NCBI GenBank assembly: GCA_965644315.1 | Contig: CBFFRQ010000041.1 | Span: forward strand, 62,001-126,000 | Direction: 5' to 3' | Length of the DNA stretch: 64,000 bases | Source: Caecitellus pseudoparvulus | Taxonomy: Eukaryota > Protista > Bigyra: Bicosoecida | In this document: one piece after another, positions 62,348 through 64,000 of the stretch | Layout: each line of letters begins with the position of its first letter | How positions within the stretch are numbered: position 1 is the stretch's first letter | Position numbers and translations under genes: made by a program | Notes under the pieces: model-generated | Database searches by the model: none | What the model was told of the DNA's origin: nothing | What the model saw: only the letters and a program-made list of their open reading frames with translations

Positions 62348-64000
62348 ATGCCCTCTGCAAAGCGCAGGAGCAAGCGCCCACGCGACGAGGAACCCTCCAC
62401 ACCCACAGGCCTGCAACCTGGCGAACGCAGGTTTCAATGGGTGGGCGAGGGCACGCCCGGGGCAGGGGGCACAGTCGAGTATGCTGCGCTTCTGATCGAG
62501 ACTGGCTTGGGCGGGGAGGAGACACACACGGCCACAGTGCACGTGGGGGACAATGTGCTGGTCAGGGTAAATGCCGCCGGGCAGTACAACGTGCGTCTGT
62601 CCTGCTGCCCGTCCTGCGCCTCACCAGGCCCACCACCCCGCTTGAGCGCCTTCCTGCAGTCGCTGTCTGTGGCCCGCGTGGAGCGGCTGTGGCACGGCGA
62701 GGGCGACATGTGGATGACCAGCCGGTGGTACTACCACCCCCACGAGATGCCCGCCTTGAGCGTCGCGGTGTCCCTGGCCCAGTGAGCAGTCCGCCCCGCT
62801 GCCATGGCCTGTACCCGCCTGCACCCCCCCGTCCCACCCCCCCATGTCCACAGCGAGGTGTGCCCCACACAGCACAGTGACGAAGGCATGGTGCGGTCCA
62901 TCGTGGGGCCAGTCCAGGTGCGCCGTGTGCCTGTGACGTGTCCTGATCCAGCTGGCGGGCTGGGGCACGGCCACCTGTCCATGTCCATGCGGGTGGGCAC
63001 AGTGGCCACGGCAGTGCAGGCGCTGAACGAACTCAAAGTGCGCCGCACCGAGGCGCAGACGACGCCCGCCCCGCCAGCGCTGCCAGGGGACGCAGAGGAA
63101 GCAGCGGCACTTGCTGCGCAGTACGTCGTGCGTTACGCGTGTGACTACGGCACCAAGCAGCTGTACCCCGCGCCCGGTGACACGATGGAGGAGGTGTGGG
63201 CGGCGCTGGCCCGCACGGGGCATGCAAGTGCTGTCAGCAGCAGCAGCGGGGTGGCACGGGCCGTGGCGGGGCAAGAAGGGGGCACACATTCCCATGCCGG
63301 GGCAGGTGTGGGGGGCAGTTTTGCGGGTGAGGCAGTGTCTGCGGAGGGGGACGGAGGTGACCCGTTGGGCGCGGCGTGTGAGGCGCTGCGCCTGAGCGCC
63401 ATCCCACCCGCGCTCCCGTGCCGGGAGGAGGAGAGGGAACACATCAAACACTTTGTGGGAAGTGCAGTGCAGCAGGGCGGACTGGGCTGCGCCCTGTACG
63501 TGAGCGGCATGCCCGGCACTGGCAAGACTGCCACGGTCAGTGAGGTGGTGCGGGAACTGCAGACAGAGAGCCAGCGTGGGCAGGACATGCCGCCATTCAT
63601 GTACGTGGAGGTGAACGCCATGAAGCTGAGCCACCCGTACCAGCTGTACACCACGCTGTGGAATGCCATCGCGCGGCAATCAGCGGTGGGCACGGGCGGC
63701 GCGTCGCGGTTCAAAGGCAAGCGCACGACAAAAGCGCTGCCCACCACCACTTCCACGCAGCGCGCAGTGCAGTTCTTGGACGCACACTTCACAAAACCGT
63801 CCACTCACTTGCCAACGGTGGTGTTGCTGGTGGATGAGCTGGACTACCTCGTCACACGCAAGCAAACCGTGCTGTACAACCTGTTCGAGTGGCCAACCCG
63901 CCCAGCGTCGCGGCTGGTGGTGCTGGGCATCGCCAACACCATGGACCTCCCGGAACGCATGCTGCCCAAGGTGCACTCCCGTCTAGGCATGGGGCGCCTG
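62348..64000 (+). CDS. ORC1: Origin recognition complex subunit 1 (BAH + AAA+); 3' end beyond the window
   Basis: BAH 'VHVGDNVLV..VARVERLW..RWYYHP', LPCREEE, Walker A YVSGMPGTGKT, Walker B LLVDELD, 'VLYNLFEWP', 'GIANTMDLPER..SRLG'. Confidence 0.95.

Overview
Gene-dense, GC-rich (roughly 68-70% by eye) eukaryotic nuclear DNA with short GT-AG introns (mostly 64-100 nt) and tiny intergenic gaps. It probably comes from a unicellular protist; a heterotrophic stramenopile is plausible but cannot be shown from this window. I can support about 28 protein-coding genes, one pseudogene fragment and two tRNAs (Leu-TAA, Ala-CGC). Most genes are housekeeping: UEV/MMS2, NDUFS7, two RluA pseudouridine synthases, TEN1, TMEM64/TVP38, METTL9, CENP-X, PP2C, NUDT1, HDAC1, FARS2, ALG1, VPS72 and ORC1. 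The stand-out region is a CpG-poor, TG-rich island at about 45.9-51.8 kb. It holds (i) a gene that reads as helical N-terminal domain + dead TKL-type pseudokinase + a 114-bp ankyrin array varying almost only at ligand-contact positions, which resembles an MLKL/HeLo-kinase immune receptor, (ii) a broken 3' fragment of UTP20, and (iii) a Helitron-type 3' terminus (hairpin + CTAG|T) exactly at the UTP20 breakpoint. Other unusual genes are an Orai-like channel, a TMEM65-GAF fusion, an acylated NYN nuclease with an Stc1-like zinc finger, a stand-alone SIN1-CRIM protein and an iodotyrosine deiodinase. Two recurrent cis motifs are seen: AATTTCCGC near gene starts and TGCAT(T/G) after stop codons. All family calls come from motif recognition by eye; no searches were run.
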